A DNA stretch of 64,000 bases from Squalus acanthias (taxonomy: Eukaryota): assembly GCA_030390025.1 (NCBI GenBank), contig CM059432.1, positions 81,160,001 to 81,224,000 on the forward strand, read 5' to 3'. Positions 36,241-49,688 of this stretch are shown piece after piece. Below the pieces are notes generated by a model. That model made no database searches and was not told the origin of the DNA. It saw only the letters and a list, made by a program, of their open reading frames with translations. The translations under genes and the position numbers were made by a program. How positions within the stretch are numbered: the stretch's first letter is position 1; each line of letters begins with the position of its first letter.

Positions 36241-37311
36241 CCTGTAGTTGAGTATCTTTGCTCATAGTTTAGCGCCAGCATTTGTTGTGCGATAATTTCC
36301 GAGAACCAGGAAACCACCTGTGAGCAGGTGAAGAAGGGAGATCAAACTTGGGAAAAAGGGGAAACCAAGGGTGGGGGCACGATTCGCAGGGGAAAACCAG
36401 AGATGGGAGAAAATTTGATTCCACCAATAACTAATAGTAACTCACTGAAAGTGTACCGATAACTAATCGTAATACTGGTAAAATTCAGATTCACCTCATA
36501 ACCAATAGTAATATAATAACTCACTGATAATCTATATGTAACTGGTAGTAAAAGATGTAACGCCCCAGTATCCTACGTGTAACTAGTAGTAATCCTAAAC
36601 CCACTGATAGTCACCCTGAAACTACAGCCAGAGTCCCCCTGCACTGCACAAGGTCTGGTCAGTCTTTGGTTTCACTCAGCCTTTTACCAGCTGCTCCTCT
36701 CATGGTGCTGCTCCTAGTCACCACATTGCTGCTGCTCTTGGCTCTGCAGAAAATATTGATCCCCACGTCCAACCCATTCACCTGTGTGTCTCTCTCTCTG
36801 CCCCTCCACCCCCCGCCCCCCCCTCCCCAGCTTCAGCCCCAATCCCATGGTCCACAGTCTCACTCGCTTCCCACTCCCCACCACCAATCCCATTCTCTTC
36901 CCCTGAGCCCCATTTCCCAACACCCAGGGGGCGATTTTGTGAATGGGGGTGCGTTGGAGGCGGGACTGCTGCTTGTCGGGTCGATGTCCCGCCTCCATCG
37001 ATTTGTGGCCAACCCACGCTATTTTTCCTTGATTGACCTTGTTAAGCCCACCCAGTGGGCTTAGCAGGCCAATCAGGAAAAGCCGGTTGCAGAGCTCGTC
37101 AACGTATGACGTTTCATCTGTCAAAAATTTTTTGACAGATGAATTGTCATCGTTTGACAACTCTGTGAAGCTGTCAAACAGTGACATTCTCCGCAGTTTG
37201 ATGAGGTCTTGCATACAAGACCTCATCAACCTTCTTTCTTTTACAGAAATGAGATAGTTGTTGCATATGAGAATGCAACGACCATCTCTCATCTGCAACA
37301 CGGAGGTCCAA

Positions 37312-40300
37312 GAGTTCAGCAAAAAAGGACCAAGAGATTGATTAAGAGGGGAAAAATAGAGTATGAGAGTAAACTTGCAAGGAACATAAAAGCGGATTGT
37401 AAAAGCTTCTACAAGTATGTAAAAAGAAAAAGATTAGTGAAGACAAATGTTGGTCCCTTACAGTCAGAAATGGGAGAATTTATAATGGGGAACAAGGAAA
37501 TGGCAGAGCGATTAGACAAATACTTTGGTTCTGTCTTCCCGGAAGAGGACACAAATAACTTCCCAGAAATGCTAGGGCACCAAGGGTCTAGTGATAAGGA
37601 GGAATTAAAGGAAATTAGTATTAGTAAAAAAATAGTGCTGGAGAAATTAATGGGACTGAAAGCTGATAAATCCCCAGGGCTTGATAATCTGATCCCAGAT
37701 TACTAAAAGAGGTAGCCATGGAAATAGTGGATGCATTGGTTGTCATCTTCCAAAATTCTATAGTTTATGGAACAGTTCCTGCAGATTGTAGGGTGGCAAA
37801 TACAACCCCACTATTTAAAAAAGAGGGAGAGAGAAAACAGGGAACTACAGACCGGTTAGCCTAACATCAGTAGTAGGGAAAGAGGACCTTTGTCTTACGA
37901 ATGTTTAGTGTAAGGCCCGTGCTCTCGTACGCTTCAGTGAAGGTGTTGACGATGGTTTGGAGTTTGACCTCTGAGTGAGCGCAGACGCAAGTGCGTCTGC
38001 ATACTGTAATTCGACGACAGAGGATGGGACGACCTTGGATCTGGACTAGAGGCGATGAAGGTTGAACATTTTCCCGTTTGTTCTGTAAATTAGCTCCACT
38101 CCAGTGGGGAGCTTACTGAAGGTGAGATGGAGCATTGCAGCAAAGAAGATCGAGAAGAGCGTTGGTGCGATGACACAGCCTTGCTTGACCCCGGTTCGTA
38201 CGTGAATTGGGTCTGTGGTGGAACCGTTGGTCAGGATCACGGCTTGCATGTCGTCGTGAAGCAACCTGCCCCCGCCACACAGTACTGCCCCCCAATTATC
38301 AAAATCCACGACAAGGCCTTGGACAACGTGGACCACTTTCCATACCTCGGGAGCCTACTGTCAACAAGGGAAGACGTCGATGACGAAGTCCAACACTGCC
38401 TTCAGTGTGCCAGTGCAGCCTTCGGTCGCCTGAGGAAAAGAGTGTTTCAAGACCAGGACCTCAAACCCGGCACTAAGCTCATGGTCTACAGAGCAGCAGC
38501 GATACCCGCCCTGCTGTATGCCTCAGAGACATGGACCATGTACAGCAGGCACCTCAAAGCACTGGAGAGGTACCACTAACGCTGCCTCCGCAAGATCCTG
38601 CAAATCCATTGGCAGGATAGGCGCACCAATGTCAGTGTTCTTGCTCAGGCCAACATCCCCAGCATCGAAGCTTTGACCACGCTCAATCAGCTCCGATGGA
38701 CGGGTCACATTGTCCGCATGCCCGATACGAGACTCCCAAAACAAGTGCTCTACTCGGAGCTCCGGCACGGTAAGAGAGCCCCTGGTGGGCAGAGGAAATG
38801 CTACAAGGACACCCTCAAAGCCTCCTTGAAAAAGTGTAACATCCCCACCGACACCTGGGAATCCCTGGCTCAAGACCGCACAAAGTGGAGAAGAAGCATC
38901 CGGAAGGCGCCGAACACCTCGAGTTTCTTCGCCGGGAGCAAGCAGAAGCCAAGCGCAGGCAGAGCAAGGAGCGCACGTCAACCCAAGCACCCCACCCACC
39001 CGCCCCTTCAACCACCGTCTGCCCCACCTGTGACAGAGACTGTAGGTCCCGCATTGGACTCATCAGTCACCTGCGAACTCATTTTTAATGTGGAAGCAAG
39101 TCATCCTCGGTTCCGAGGGACTGCCTAAGAAGAAGAGTAGGGAAAATGCTAGAGTCTATTATAAAGGATGTGATAACAGGACACTTAGAAAATATCAACG
39201 GGATTAGACAAAGTTAACATGGATTTATGAAAGGGAAATCGTATTTAACAAACCTACTGGAGTTTTTTGAGGATGTAACTGGTAGAATAGATAAGGGAGA
39301 ACCAGTGGATGTGCTGTATTTGGATTTTCAGAAGGCATTTGATAAAGTCCCACATAAGAGGTTAGTGTGCAAAATTAAAGCACATGGGATTGGGGGTAAT
39401 ATACTGGCATGGATTGAAAATTGGTTAACAGGCAGGATACAGAGAGTAGGAATAAATGGGTCTTTTTCGGGGTGGCAGGCGGTGACTAGTGGGGTACCGC
39501 AGGGATCAGTGCTTGGGCCTCAGCTATTCACAATATATATCAATGATTTGGATGAGGGAAACAAATGTAATATTTCCAAGTTTGCTGACGACACGAAACT
39601 AGGTGGGGTTGTGAGGAGGATGCAAAGAGGCTTCAAGGTGATTTAGACAAGTTGACTGAGTGGGCAAATATATGGCAGATGTAGTGTAACATGGATAAAT
39701 GTGAAGTCAGCCACTTCGGTAGGAAAAACAGAAAGGCAGAGTATTATTTAAATGGTGCTAGATTGGGAAATGCTGATGTACAAAGGGACCTGGGTGTCCT
39801 TGTACACCAGTCACAAAAAGCAAACATGCAGGTGCAGCAAGCAGTTAGGAAGGCAAATGGTATGTTGGCCTTCATTGCAAGAGGATTTGAGTACAGGAGC
39901 AAGGATGTCTTACTACAGTTATACAGGGCCTTGGTGAGACCACACCTGGAGTAGTGTGTGCAGTTTTGGTCTCCTTACCTAAGAAAGGATATACTTGCCA
40001 TGGAGGGAGTGCAGCGAAGGTTCACCAGACTGATTCCTGGGATGGCAGGACTGTCGTATGAGGAGAGATTGGGTCGACTAGGCCTGTATTCACTAGAGTT
40101 TAGAAGAATGAGAGGGGATCTCATTGAAACGTATAAAATTCTGACAGGGCTAGACAGACTGGATGCAGGGAGGATGTTTCCCCTGGCTGGGGGTGGTCTA
40201 GAACGAGGGGTCACAGTCTCAGGATACGGGGTAGGACATTTAGGACTGAGATGAGGAGAAATTTCTTCACTCAGAGGGTGGTGAACCTGTGGAATTCTCT

Positions 40301-40510
40301 ACCACAGAAGGCTGTGGAGGCCAAGTCACTGAATATATTTAAGAAGGAGATAGCTAGATTTCTAGACACAAAAGGTATCAAGGGGTATGGGGAGAGAGCG
40401 GGAATGTGGTATTGAGATAGAGGATCAGCCATGATCATATTGAATGGCGGAGCGGGCTCGAAGGGCCGAATGGCCTACTCCTGCTCTTGTTTTTCTATGT
40501 TTCTATGTTT
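37312..40510 (+). mobile_element. CR1 LINE, 5'-truncated, split by RTE (segments 37312-37881 and 39136-40510)
   Basis: SLTSVVGK resumes as MLESIIKD after the insert; RT motifs; tail TTTCTATGTTTCTATGTTTCT. Confidence 0.93.
37882..39135 (+). mobile_element. RTE-clade LINE with 5' inversion and 10-bp TSD
   Basis: AGTAGGGAAA at 37872-37881 and 39136-39145. Minus arm: GVKQGCVIAPTLF, QYAD. Plus arm: FPYLGS, LRWTGHIVRM, CPTC..CRSRIGLISH. (AAG)n tail. Confidence 0.93.
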
Positions 40511-41077
40511 CTCCGCATACAAACCGACTGTAGCCTGCAGGAAGAAACAAAGGTAAGTACACTTTTAAAAACACTTTGCACTTACCTCAGATACTCACCT
40601 CTACACTCTTGCACCCATCACTTACCTTCACACCACACTTTTGCACCCCCCTGACCCCCGCAGACCCAGTACTCACCTCGCTGAGCTGGCGTGTTTTGGA
40701 GCCTTCGGGAAGCCTGCACTTGTGAGGGCAAAATGGTGATCATCCTATTTTCTTCCTGTGAACTACCTGTTAACAGGCAGTTAATAGGCTTTAATCCCTT
40801 CCCGCCTCCAAGGAGATGGGACCCGGCGCGGGACGGTTACCCGCCTCCTGGGAAGATGGCATGGAGGTGGGTTGGGGGCGAGTTGGGCACCCGCCCCCAA
40901 ATTCTGCCATTTTCCCAGCAGTCCCGCCTCCATACCCGCCTCCCCAGGGCTGGCAAAATCGCCCCCTCCAGTCTCCCTCTCTCCCCGATTCCCGACTCCA
41001 GACTCCCAAAGCCCCCAGATCCTCAAATCAATGTAATCCAATTCAGTGCAATGCTTTTAGTGGGGAAAAAAATCATA

Positions 41078-42816
41078 GGGCTGGATTTTACCAACCTCAG
41101 CAAGTCCGTGGCGGGCGACGTCGGTGGCCCGCTGTGTTGAATGAATTTACCCTGATTGGGCTTGTTAAGTCTGCCCAGCGCGTTTGCCGGTCAATTGAAG
41201 GAAGCGGGTCTGTTAACATCATTTGATGACGTGTCATCAGCCAGTTTCCTTAAAGGGACCATGGCCAACTTTAATTTGACAGTTGTGCTGACAGTGTTCT
41301 GCAGTATTGAGGTGCTGCAAACACGGACAAGCACTGCACAGAGGTGCACGGCTGCACCCAGGCTCTCCCATGACTCTCTCCATATGCTGATGGAGGGAGT
41401 CACAGCACGCTGGGAGGTTCTTTTCCCTTCCCATGGGTGGAGAAGACCTTCCTAGAAGATCAACGCAGCCTGGTTGCACGTTGCAGAGGAGGGCACAAGC
41501 AGGGGAGGAGGACCTGGGTGCAGTGCCGCAAACCTTTCAATGATCTCAGTAGATCACGAAACATTAGTACAAAGCCACACTCAATCTCATCCTGCTGTGC
41601 CTCTCATCACATTCACATCACTCTGCCTTCCCTACCCTACTCTTGCACATCCTTACTCACACCAACTTACCTTGCACCTCCACCCATCCCTCTCTATCTA
41701 CATTATCACATCCCCATCTCAATAGCCTCCCCTCACACTCGCCCTCATCCTAGTCCAATCAAACCAACTAACAACACACAAGGGTAAGCACTTGGGGGTG
41801 TTTTATGCAATGTTCATGTAAAGTTTCTGTTAATGTGCTGTCAAACATTGAAACCTTTATTTTCAACACTTTGCTTTGTTGGACAGATTTGTTTGCACCT
41901 TTGGAAGTGTCTTAGTGAGTTGCAGTGAATGGTGAGACATAACAGTACCCCCACAATGGTGATGAGTGTGAAAGGAATGGCTTGGTCATTGTAGGGATAC
42001 TCTATGGTGTTGGTGTGGAGTGGTGCCAACCTGCCGCATCATGCGGCAGCCAGGGTGACAGCGTCAAGTGAAGTAAATCTGGCCATGGTGAGGCCATCCC
42101 TGGCCTCCCAGGCAGCAATGTGCTTGGATGCTGATGCCCTGTGTCCTGTGCAGCATCGGTTGATTGCAGAGAAGGTTGGTGTTGTTGTTGGTGCTGCTGG
42201 TGTGCCTGGTGCTGCTGGTATTGGGGCTGATTGTGGTGGGATTCTGAGGACCAAGGTGAGAGAGTATAAAGGGCACCGATGCTGATGGAATAGATGGCAG
42301 GTGAAGCAGAGATGACAGAAGCGATCTGTCAATGGTGGGAGAGGTAATGAAGTCAAACTGGATGGAGATTTGTTTATTGACTTGCAGCATTCTGAATCTG
42401 TAGTGGAAATGCAGTTTAGAGAAGCTAGTGGCTAAGGGATCATTTCTCAATCAGCTGGGAGCTTTGACTTGACATTTGAAGCTGTCAACTCATCAGCTGA
42501 AACAATGGCAAGTGACCTCCCGCCTCAACTTCACAGACGAGGTCTAGGCACAGCAGGAAACCGGTGGGCGACCTGTCAAATTCAAAAAGCTGGGGAAAAA
42601 AGCATTGTTAAGTGGCTGTAAACAAGCCAATAATGATTTTAATTGCCTCCCCCGTCGCTGCGTGTCGGGTCTGCTCAGCGCTGACAGACCTGACATTTGG
42701 TAAAGGCGCGTGGCGGCAGGTTGACAGCGGGTCCCGATCCGTTGTTAAAAAAAAAAAGTCCTACCCGACCCGCCACCGATCGCGCCCGCTGACTCCCACC
42801 CACGAAAATTCCCCCC
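41078..42816 (+). mobile_element. Non-autonomous Harbinger deletion derivative (second copy, opposite orientation)
   Basis: Ends GGGCTGGATTTT / AAAATTCCCCCC; Myb exon-1 relic PRLSHDSLHMLMEGV...WVQCRKPFNDL; colinear with the reverse complement of 26798-28582. Confidence 0.85.
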
Positions 42817-43091
42817 AAGCTGTGCCTTTTGGGGGTTATTTTGGTGAAAGAGTGAAAACAGGCGCTAAATGGGTGCTGTGCTAATAAGACACACCTGTCT
42901 AAAAGTCTGGTTTTAGCCTGCAATTTTGGTCCTAATTGCTGTTTGTCATAATTTGAACATGCCTGGAGTTGCTAAAACAGAGACACCAGCAGGTTTTGCA
43001 CTCAAGCGCTGATTAGACCCCTAGGGGGACCCCTAGCAAGATGCTGATGACCAAGATAGAACAGGTGGACATGACATTGGATGATTGATGA

Positions 43092-44748
43092 GATTAGTAA
43101 TGAGATAAGTGCATTTAAAATTAAAAAAGGGGATATATTAAATAAATTAATCAAACTCAAAGAGGATAAACCCCCCTGGTCCGGATGGATTGCATCCACG
43201 CATTTTAAAAGAATCTAGGGAAGAGATGGCAGAGGCATTACTACGCATATTTAATAATTCGTTAGAAAAAGGTGTAGTGCCAGAGGACTGGTGGATAGCA
43301 AATGTAATACCGATATTTAAGAAGGGGGATAGAACATGTCCAGGGAATTATAGACCAGTCAGCTTAACATCGGTGTTAGGAAAAATAATGGAATCCCTAC
43401 TAAAGGAGAAAATAGAAGAACATCTAGAAACCAAAAATATAATAATGAATAGTCAACAGGGATTTCAAAAGGGAAAGTCTTGCTTGACCAACCTTATTGA
43501 ATTTTTTGAAGAGGTAACAAAGAGAGTAGACAATGGTAATGCAGTAGATGTAATTTATCTGGATTTTCAAAAGGCATTCGATAAGGTACCCCATAATAGA
43601 CTGATGAACAAGGTCAGAGAATGTGAGTCAGGGGACAAGTAGCAGAATGGATTGCTGGCTGGCTTCAGAACAGAAAGCAGAGAGTAGGAGTAAAGGGTAG
43701 CTATTCACAGTGGCAGAAGGTGGGTAGTGGTGTTCCACAAGGATCAGTGCTGGGACCATTGCTGTTCACAATTTACATTAACGATTTAGACTTAGGAATC
43801 AAAAACACAATTTCTAAATTTGCGAATGACACCAAATTGGGGGGGATAATCAATACTGAGGAGGTCTGCAACAAATTACAGGAGGACATTAATAAACTTG
43901 CAGGATGGGCATATAATTGGCAAATGCAGTTCAACACAGATAAATGTGAGGTGTTACATTTTGGTAGGAAGAATAGGGAGGTCACTTATCACTTGGAGGG
44001 TGCAAGTCTAGGTCGGGTAGAGGAACAAAGGGATCTAAGAGTACAAATACACAAATCACTAAAAGTTGCGACGCAGGTTAGCAAGGCCATAAAAAAGCAA
44101 ACCAAGCACTCGGGTTTATTTCTAGAGGGATAGAATTGAAAAGTAGGGAAGTTATGCTAAACCTGTATCGAACCTTGGTTAGACCACACTTGGAGTACTG
44201 CGTACAGTTCTGGCCGCCATATTATAAAAAGGATACAGAGGCACTGGAGAGGGTGCAGAGAAGATTTACAAGGATGATACCAGAAATGCGAGGGTATACA
44301 TATCAGTAAAGGATGAATAGGCTGGGCCTCTCTTCTCTTGAAAAAAGAAGGCTGAGGGGTGACCTAATAGAGGTCTTTAAAATTATGAAAAATTTTGATA
44401 GAGTGGATACAGAGAGAATGTTTCCACTTGTGGGGAAGAGCAAAACTAGAGGCCATCAATATAAGATAGTCACCAAGAAATCCAATAGGGAATTCAGAAG
44501 AAACTTCTTTACCCAAAGAGTGGTGAGAATGTGGAACTCGCTACCACAGGGAGTGGTTGAAGCAAATAGTACAGATGCATTTAAGGGAGGCTAGACAAGC
44601 ATATGAGGGAGAAGGGAATAGAGGGTTATGCTGATAGAGTTAGATGAGGAAAGACGGGAGGAGGCTCGTGTGGAGCATAAATGCCGGCATGGACTGGTTG
44701 GCCCGAATGGCCTGTTTCTGTGCCGTATATCCTATGTAATCATATGTA
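43092..44748 (+). mobile_element. CR1 3' fragment (third subfamily)
   Basis: [36 protein letters not shown]; tail CCTATGTAATCATATGTA. Confidence 0.93.
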
Positions 44749-45598
44749 GACGCAATTTTTGTGGAGCAGTGTATGTGGGTTCCATGCACCCACTTCCCAT
44801 GAAGCTGGAGTGTGCTGGCTAACACCTAGCGACAGGTTTCAGGATGGCGTACAGATTCTTGGACGCGGCACTGGATGTCCTGGTAGACGAGGTCCAGAGG
44901 AGGATGGATGTCCTGTACCCACAGGGGAGAAGGAGCCCACCTCAAGCTCCTGTCCCTCCTCTCCCTCTCCTGCAGCAGCTGGTGCTGCTCAGCTTGGCCT
45001 TACGTCCTCCTCCCATTCCTCCTGCAGACCAAGGGGGACCTCTAGCAAGATTCCGATGACCAAGCGCTCCCTTTCTCCTGGCGACTCCTATAAGATGTCC
45101 AATAAAGTAGAGTAGCACTGCACTTACTCTTTTTAGGTGAAGTCCTGAGAGAATTTTCAGAATAAATATTGATAGAGTGTTGGTGAATTCTTGACAAAGT
45201 GTCCCAGAAAGTCTCCTGATGTGTTTCAAAAGTCCTCTTGAAACCTCCAGCAGCAAGTGAACAGTAAAAGGTGATATACCTTTAAGTAGCGCTCAATATT
45301 CACTGCAGCGACTAGTTTACTCCCCATCAGCTGGTCGCTGTTAGGAGAGGGCGTTAGGTCAAGTGCTAGCCACTAAAATGTCGTGCAGCCTCGTTAATGA
45401 GTGCTAGCAGGCAATTTAAGTAGCAATCAGCCCCTTAACGGTCCTCCGGGCAGCCATTCTAAGCGCATGCTTGAACTCCTTTACCAAGATGGCATCTTGC
45501 ACTAAACGTTGGGCTAAACCGGCATTTCAACTTAAGACCCCATCTTGACCACCTCGGACGCTCTTTAGTGCCTAAAGTATCCGAGGGAAATCGTACCC
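44749..45598 (+). mobile_element. Harbinger-derived remnant with Myb exon-1 fragment (probably continuous with 42820-43090)
   Basis: RFLDAALDVLVDEVQRRMDVLYPQG. GGGGGACC(C/T)CTAGCAAGAT..GATGACCAAG is repeated at about 43024 and about 45033. Confidence 0.6.
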
Positions 45599-45601
45599 TA
45601 T

Positions 45602-46294
45602 GGGCTGGATTTTCATTGACCCGTGGAGGTGGGTTTGGAGGCGTGTGGGGGGTTAAAATTGTGAAAATTGGCGGGCGGGCACCATCCCGCCTCCACGCAA
45701 TTTTCATTAAATCGTGTCTGCTGGTCCCGACTCCGTCCCGCCTCTAAGAGGCGGGATAGGCTGTTAAGGCCCTTAACAAGCACTAAATTGCCTCTATAAT
45801 GCTATTTTGAAAGGCCTTTGTGATTTTAACCCTTTTTCTACGTGAAGCACGCCTGTTCTGAACCACGAAACCTGGCGGGAGCACATTTGGATAGCTGGCT
45901 GGCTGGATGGATGGATGGATGACATATCTGGGAGTGGTGGTGGATGGGAGACATATCTGGGAGTGGTGGTGGATAGGAGACATATCTGGGAGTGGTGGTG
46001 CAAAAATATCTGGGAGCAGACTTAGGGCTGCTGCTGCTCATTTTGCATCCAGGTCCTCTCACAGCCAAGGCCAGGCAGTCTTTGCAGACCTTCAATGCAG
46101 CAGCAATGATGACATCATCAGAGGCGACCTTCAGACTGAAAATACTAATTGGGTCATGGGTTCCCACATGCTGGAACTCAATTGCCCTATTAGGTGAAAA
46201 TCGCATCAATCTCCCACATCCAATTGCAGTCGGGTGGATGACACGAAAAGTGGATGACACGACCCCAACCCGCCCCAGTATCAAAATCCAGCCC
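45602..46294. mobile_element. Harbinger-type MITE
   Basis: Perfect TIR GGGCTGGATTTT / AAAATCCAGCCC. Confidence 0.85.
45895..46016. repeat. (TGGC/TGGA)n microsatellite plus an about 29-bp tandem repeat x3
   Basis: GACATATCTGGGAGTGGTGGTGGA units adjacent to each other. Confidence 0.9.
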
Positions 46295-47132
46295 TTTATC
46301 TTTGTACCTGTACCGTTACATTCAGAAAATGTAAATTAAATTTGAAATGCTGGCAAGTAATACTCCAAAAAGGAACTGCTATGGTTTTAGAAGGCACAGC
46401 GTACCTGTGCGAAACATATTAAATGGTGAGTAAGGCAGCAATTCATTTGAAACAATTGCTTGTGTTTGGACACAAACTCGAATTGCTAACAATCTGTCCT
46501 CATCCAATCCACAGCAACTCCACCACATGCTTTAACTGCTCCTGGCTTGTGCACTCAGCACACCCAGGCAGCAGCTTCCTCCAATACAAACTTCTAGAGT
46601 TCTGGAAGTGCGGAAAGCAGGCGCAGGGAGGGGGAGAGGGGTGGGGGGAGATGAACAGCTGATTGGCTGTTACACCATTTAAAAGCTTCAGCCCGGCGAC
46701 CTTTGAGCCTCTCTATCTAAATAAAATAACCTGCAACAAAGGGTAGGTCAGCACCGAACAAACTTTTCTCCTGTGTTGCCAGCAGCAGTGCTCGGCAGAC
46801 GAAGCACCGATTTGGGGAGACTCCAGCGGGAGGGTTGGGAACCCTGTATTAGATTGACATCATCTTGGCAAGTGGATGAATCCTTTTGTGAAGGAGAAAA
46901 TCCAGCCACATGAACACAGAGGTAGGGATGAATGCCCCCCACGCTCCCATGCAGAAAGGGTCTGCGGAGAACAATACAATCCACACTTACAAATTCATTC
47001 AACATTAAAAAAAAACTTGATGCTTGAAGGTGCAAGTTAAATCCTGCGATTTGATTAATCTTTTAATGCTGCAATCCTGTTATTATATGTGATTGGTCGA
47101 CATTTTTCATAGCATAATAGCAGTCAATATAC

Positions 47133-47900
47133 GGGCCAGAAATTCGGGTCCCCACGGGTGAGTACGCGCTGTGTACTCACCCGTAGGGCCACCGGAAGTG
47201 CCGGTTTCGCGTATGCATGGGAAACTGGAACTTCCGGTCTGTTGAAGGAAGGGGTTCGCGGGTCAACCGCGTGCGCGGGAGAGGCAGCGGGTACGCAGCG
47301 AACTTCGGCTTTTTTTACAGGTTTCTCCGTGCCGATAAGTCCCTAGCAGCTGCGCGTGGAAAAAACATCGCAAGGCCTGCTTTTAACAAGGTAAGAGGTG
47401 AATTAAGTAAAATTGAAACATTTTTTCCACAGGTTTATCATTTTTAAATACTTTAAAGAAAGGTAAGTTTATTTTTAGCCCCGTTAAAAACTTTAATAAA
47501 TTTTTTCAAAAATTAAAATTTTTGTTTATAGTTAATTTATGTAATTTATAGTTATTTTAAAAATGTGATGTTTTTTAAAACATTTATTTGAAGTTTTACT
47601 TAGGTTTTGGGGCCGATCTCTATTCATAGATTTGACAGGTCTTCCTGTCAAATCTATGAATTGAGATTCCCTGCTCCGATTGGCTCCCCATGGCCCACGT
47701 GATCCAGGGGACGCTTCGGACTAACTGCGCCCCTGGGATACGCGAGCACTGCACACCGGCAGCTGGAGGAGGCCCAGGATCGGAATCCCACGCGGGCCCA
47801 CAGCACAACGGCAGGCGCGCTATGTAAGTGCACCCGCTATGCTTGCACCGGACATGCGCTGCCCACCATATTGGATTAAGATAATCCATAGGCGTCCAGA
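47133..47900 (+). mobile_element. Harbinger-type MITE with subterminal hairpins and AT-rich core (right end unclear)
   Basis: GGGCCAGAAATT start; related to 55888-56629 (reverse) and 58572-59244. Confidence 0.7.
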
Positions 47901-48539
47901 GCGTGTGCCAAAATAATTTAAAAGCCTAATTATCATATTTAAATGCAGCCACCAAATATCAGAAAATCACCTGGCAGTCCACCCATCATTTTCTGATAAA
48001 AACTGGTTATATGCAAGGTCGTCTGCTAGCACAGGGCCTCGCAAAATGCACCCTCATATGTAAAAATGTCCGAATTTGCACAATTCATTTTATCTTCTCT
48101 AAAAAGTTACAATGTAGAAGCACAAATACTTTTTAATTTAAAAAGTAATAATGAATATTGGATTTGTAAGCTTCAACTGATGTAATACATAAATCCCACT
48201 TCCTACATAAACATTCCCTCAATGTTTATGGCCTTGGTTTTGGCACATTGACACCTCAGATACCTGATACACAACTAAAATCTCACAGTTGTACGGTGAT
48301 TTTTAATTTAACAGTATTCAGTCGTAAAAGATTATCACTTTACGGTAGATCTTATAATTATTGACCTCTCGGGAAGCACTGATATGATCCAGAAACCAGT
48401 GAAATAAACAGCAGTTTACAACCTATCAGATAGAAGTTGCCATGCTGACTGACCAGACTGAAGTGTTTAGTTATATTAGCAGTGAACTAGCTTCCTCTGG
48501 TGGTAGTGTGTGGAATGACAGCAGTGTTTAACTTCTTCA

Positions 48540-49080
48540 AAGTCTCTTTGGGCTTGAATTTTAGAATGTTTCTAATCACAAGATAGTTACAGATGAGGAG
48601 GGCTAAGTTACACAGGTGCCCTTTAGCAGCATTACATGGAATACTTTACAGTTTGATCATTAGCTCCTCTGACCTGTATTCTACTGTTTTGGTGATGTTC
48701 TTCAACTTCGTTTTAGCTGTGTTGATCGTTGTTTTGCATTGGTTAGACATGTTTAGCATCAAGTCTACAAAGACTCCTTGGTCTTTTTCAGCTTTATTCT
48801 TAACTATTTCAACCCAATCATGAAGTACGGGTGTCATCTATTTTCCCTTTCTGTGTGTAACATTTTACATTTTTCTCCATTTAATTTCACTTGCCATCGT
48901 TCTTGTGTATTTTGTCCAGCTCATTCTGTAATTTCTGAGCTGCTTCTTCCAATTTCACTGTCCCTCCTCATTTGGTAACATTTGCACATTTGACTACTTT
49001 GCATTGAGTTTCTGAATCAAGTTCATTTACGGAAATTAGAAATGGTTGTGGTCTCAACAGTAAGCCTTGAGTACTCCACT
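48540..49080 (-). mobile_element. Old degenerate CR1 fragment
   Basis: EKDQGVFVD..LNMSNQC; VEYRSEELMIKL. Confidence 0.6.
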
Positions 49081-49104
49081 GAGTAAGTCCTGTTAGCATT
49101 AAGG

Positions 49105-49688
49105 AACAATAGAGGAGCTGTTACGTTGCTGGGGGTATACTATAGGCTACCAAATAGTGGGAAGGAGTTAGAGGAGCAAATTTGCAGGTAAATTGCAGAA
49201 AGACGCAAGAACTATAGACTACTGATAATGGGAGACTTCAATTATCCTAATATAGACTGGGAAAATAACAGTGTAAAGGGCAAAGAGCGGGAGGAATTCC
49301 TGAAATGTGTACAGGAGAACTTTATTGATCAGTATGTTTCCAGTCCAATGAGGAAGGAAGTAGTGCTGGATCTAGTTCTGGGGAATGAAGTGGGGCAAGT
49401 GGAGCATGTTTCAGTGGGGGAGCATTTGGGAAACAGTGATCACAATATAGTACTTATGGAAAAGGACAAGGAAATGTGAAAATACTCAGCTGTAGGCGAT
49501 CTAATTTCAATGAGTTGAAAAGGGATCTGGCTCAGGTGGATTGGAATCAAAGATTGGAAGGTAAAACAATAAAGGAGCAATGGGAGGCCTTCAAAGAGGA
49601 GATAGTTTGGGTATAGACTAGAGATATTTCCATGAGGGGGAAAGGAAGGGCATCCAAAGGTAGAGCTCCCTGGATGACTAAAGATATT
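49105..49688 (+). mobile_element. CR1 APE-domain fragment
   Basis: MGDFNYPNIDW, LDLVLGNE, HLGNSDH. Confidence 0.88.

Larger units (their letters stand above)
36927..40966. mobile_element. Harbinger-type non-autonomous element hosting CR1 and RTE insertions
   Basis: 13-bp perfect TIR GGGGGCGATTTTG / CAAAATCGCCCCC; subterminal sequence shared with 41078 and 28582. Confidence 0.75.

Noticed and set aside
45920..46016. About 29-bp repeats resembling a CRISPR array
   Set aside because: The units are directly adjacent with no unique spacers, there are no cas genes, and the context is a eukaryotic MITE.
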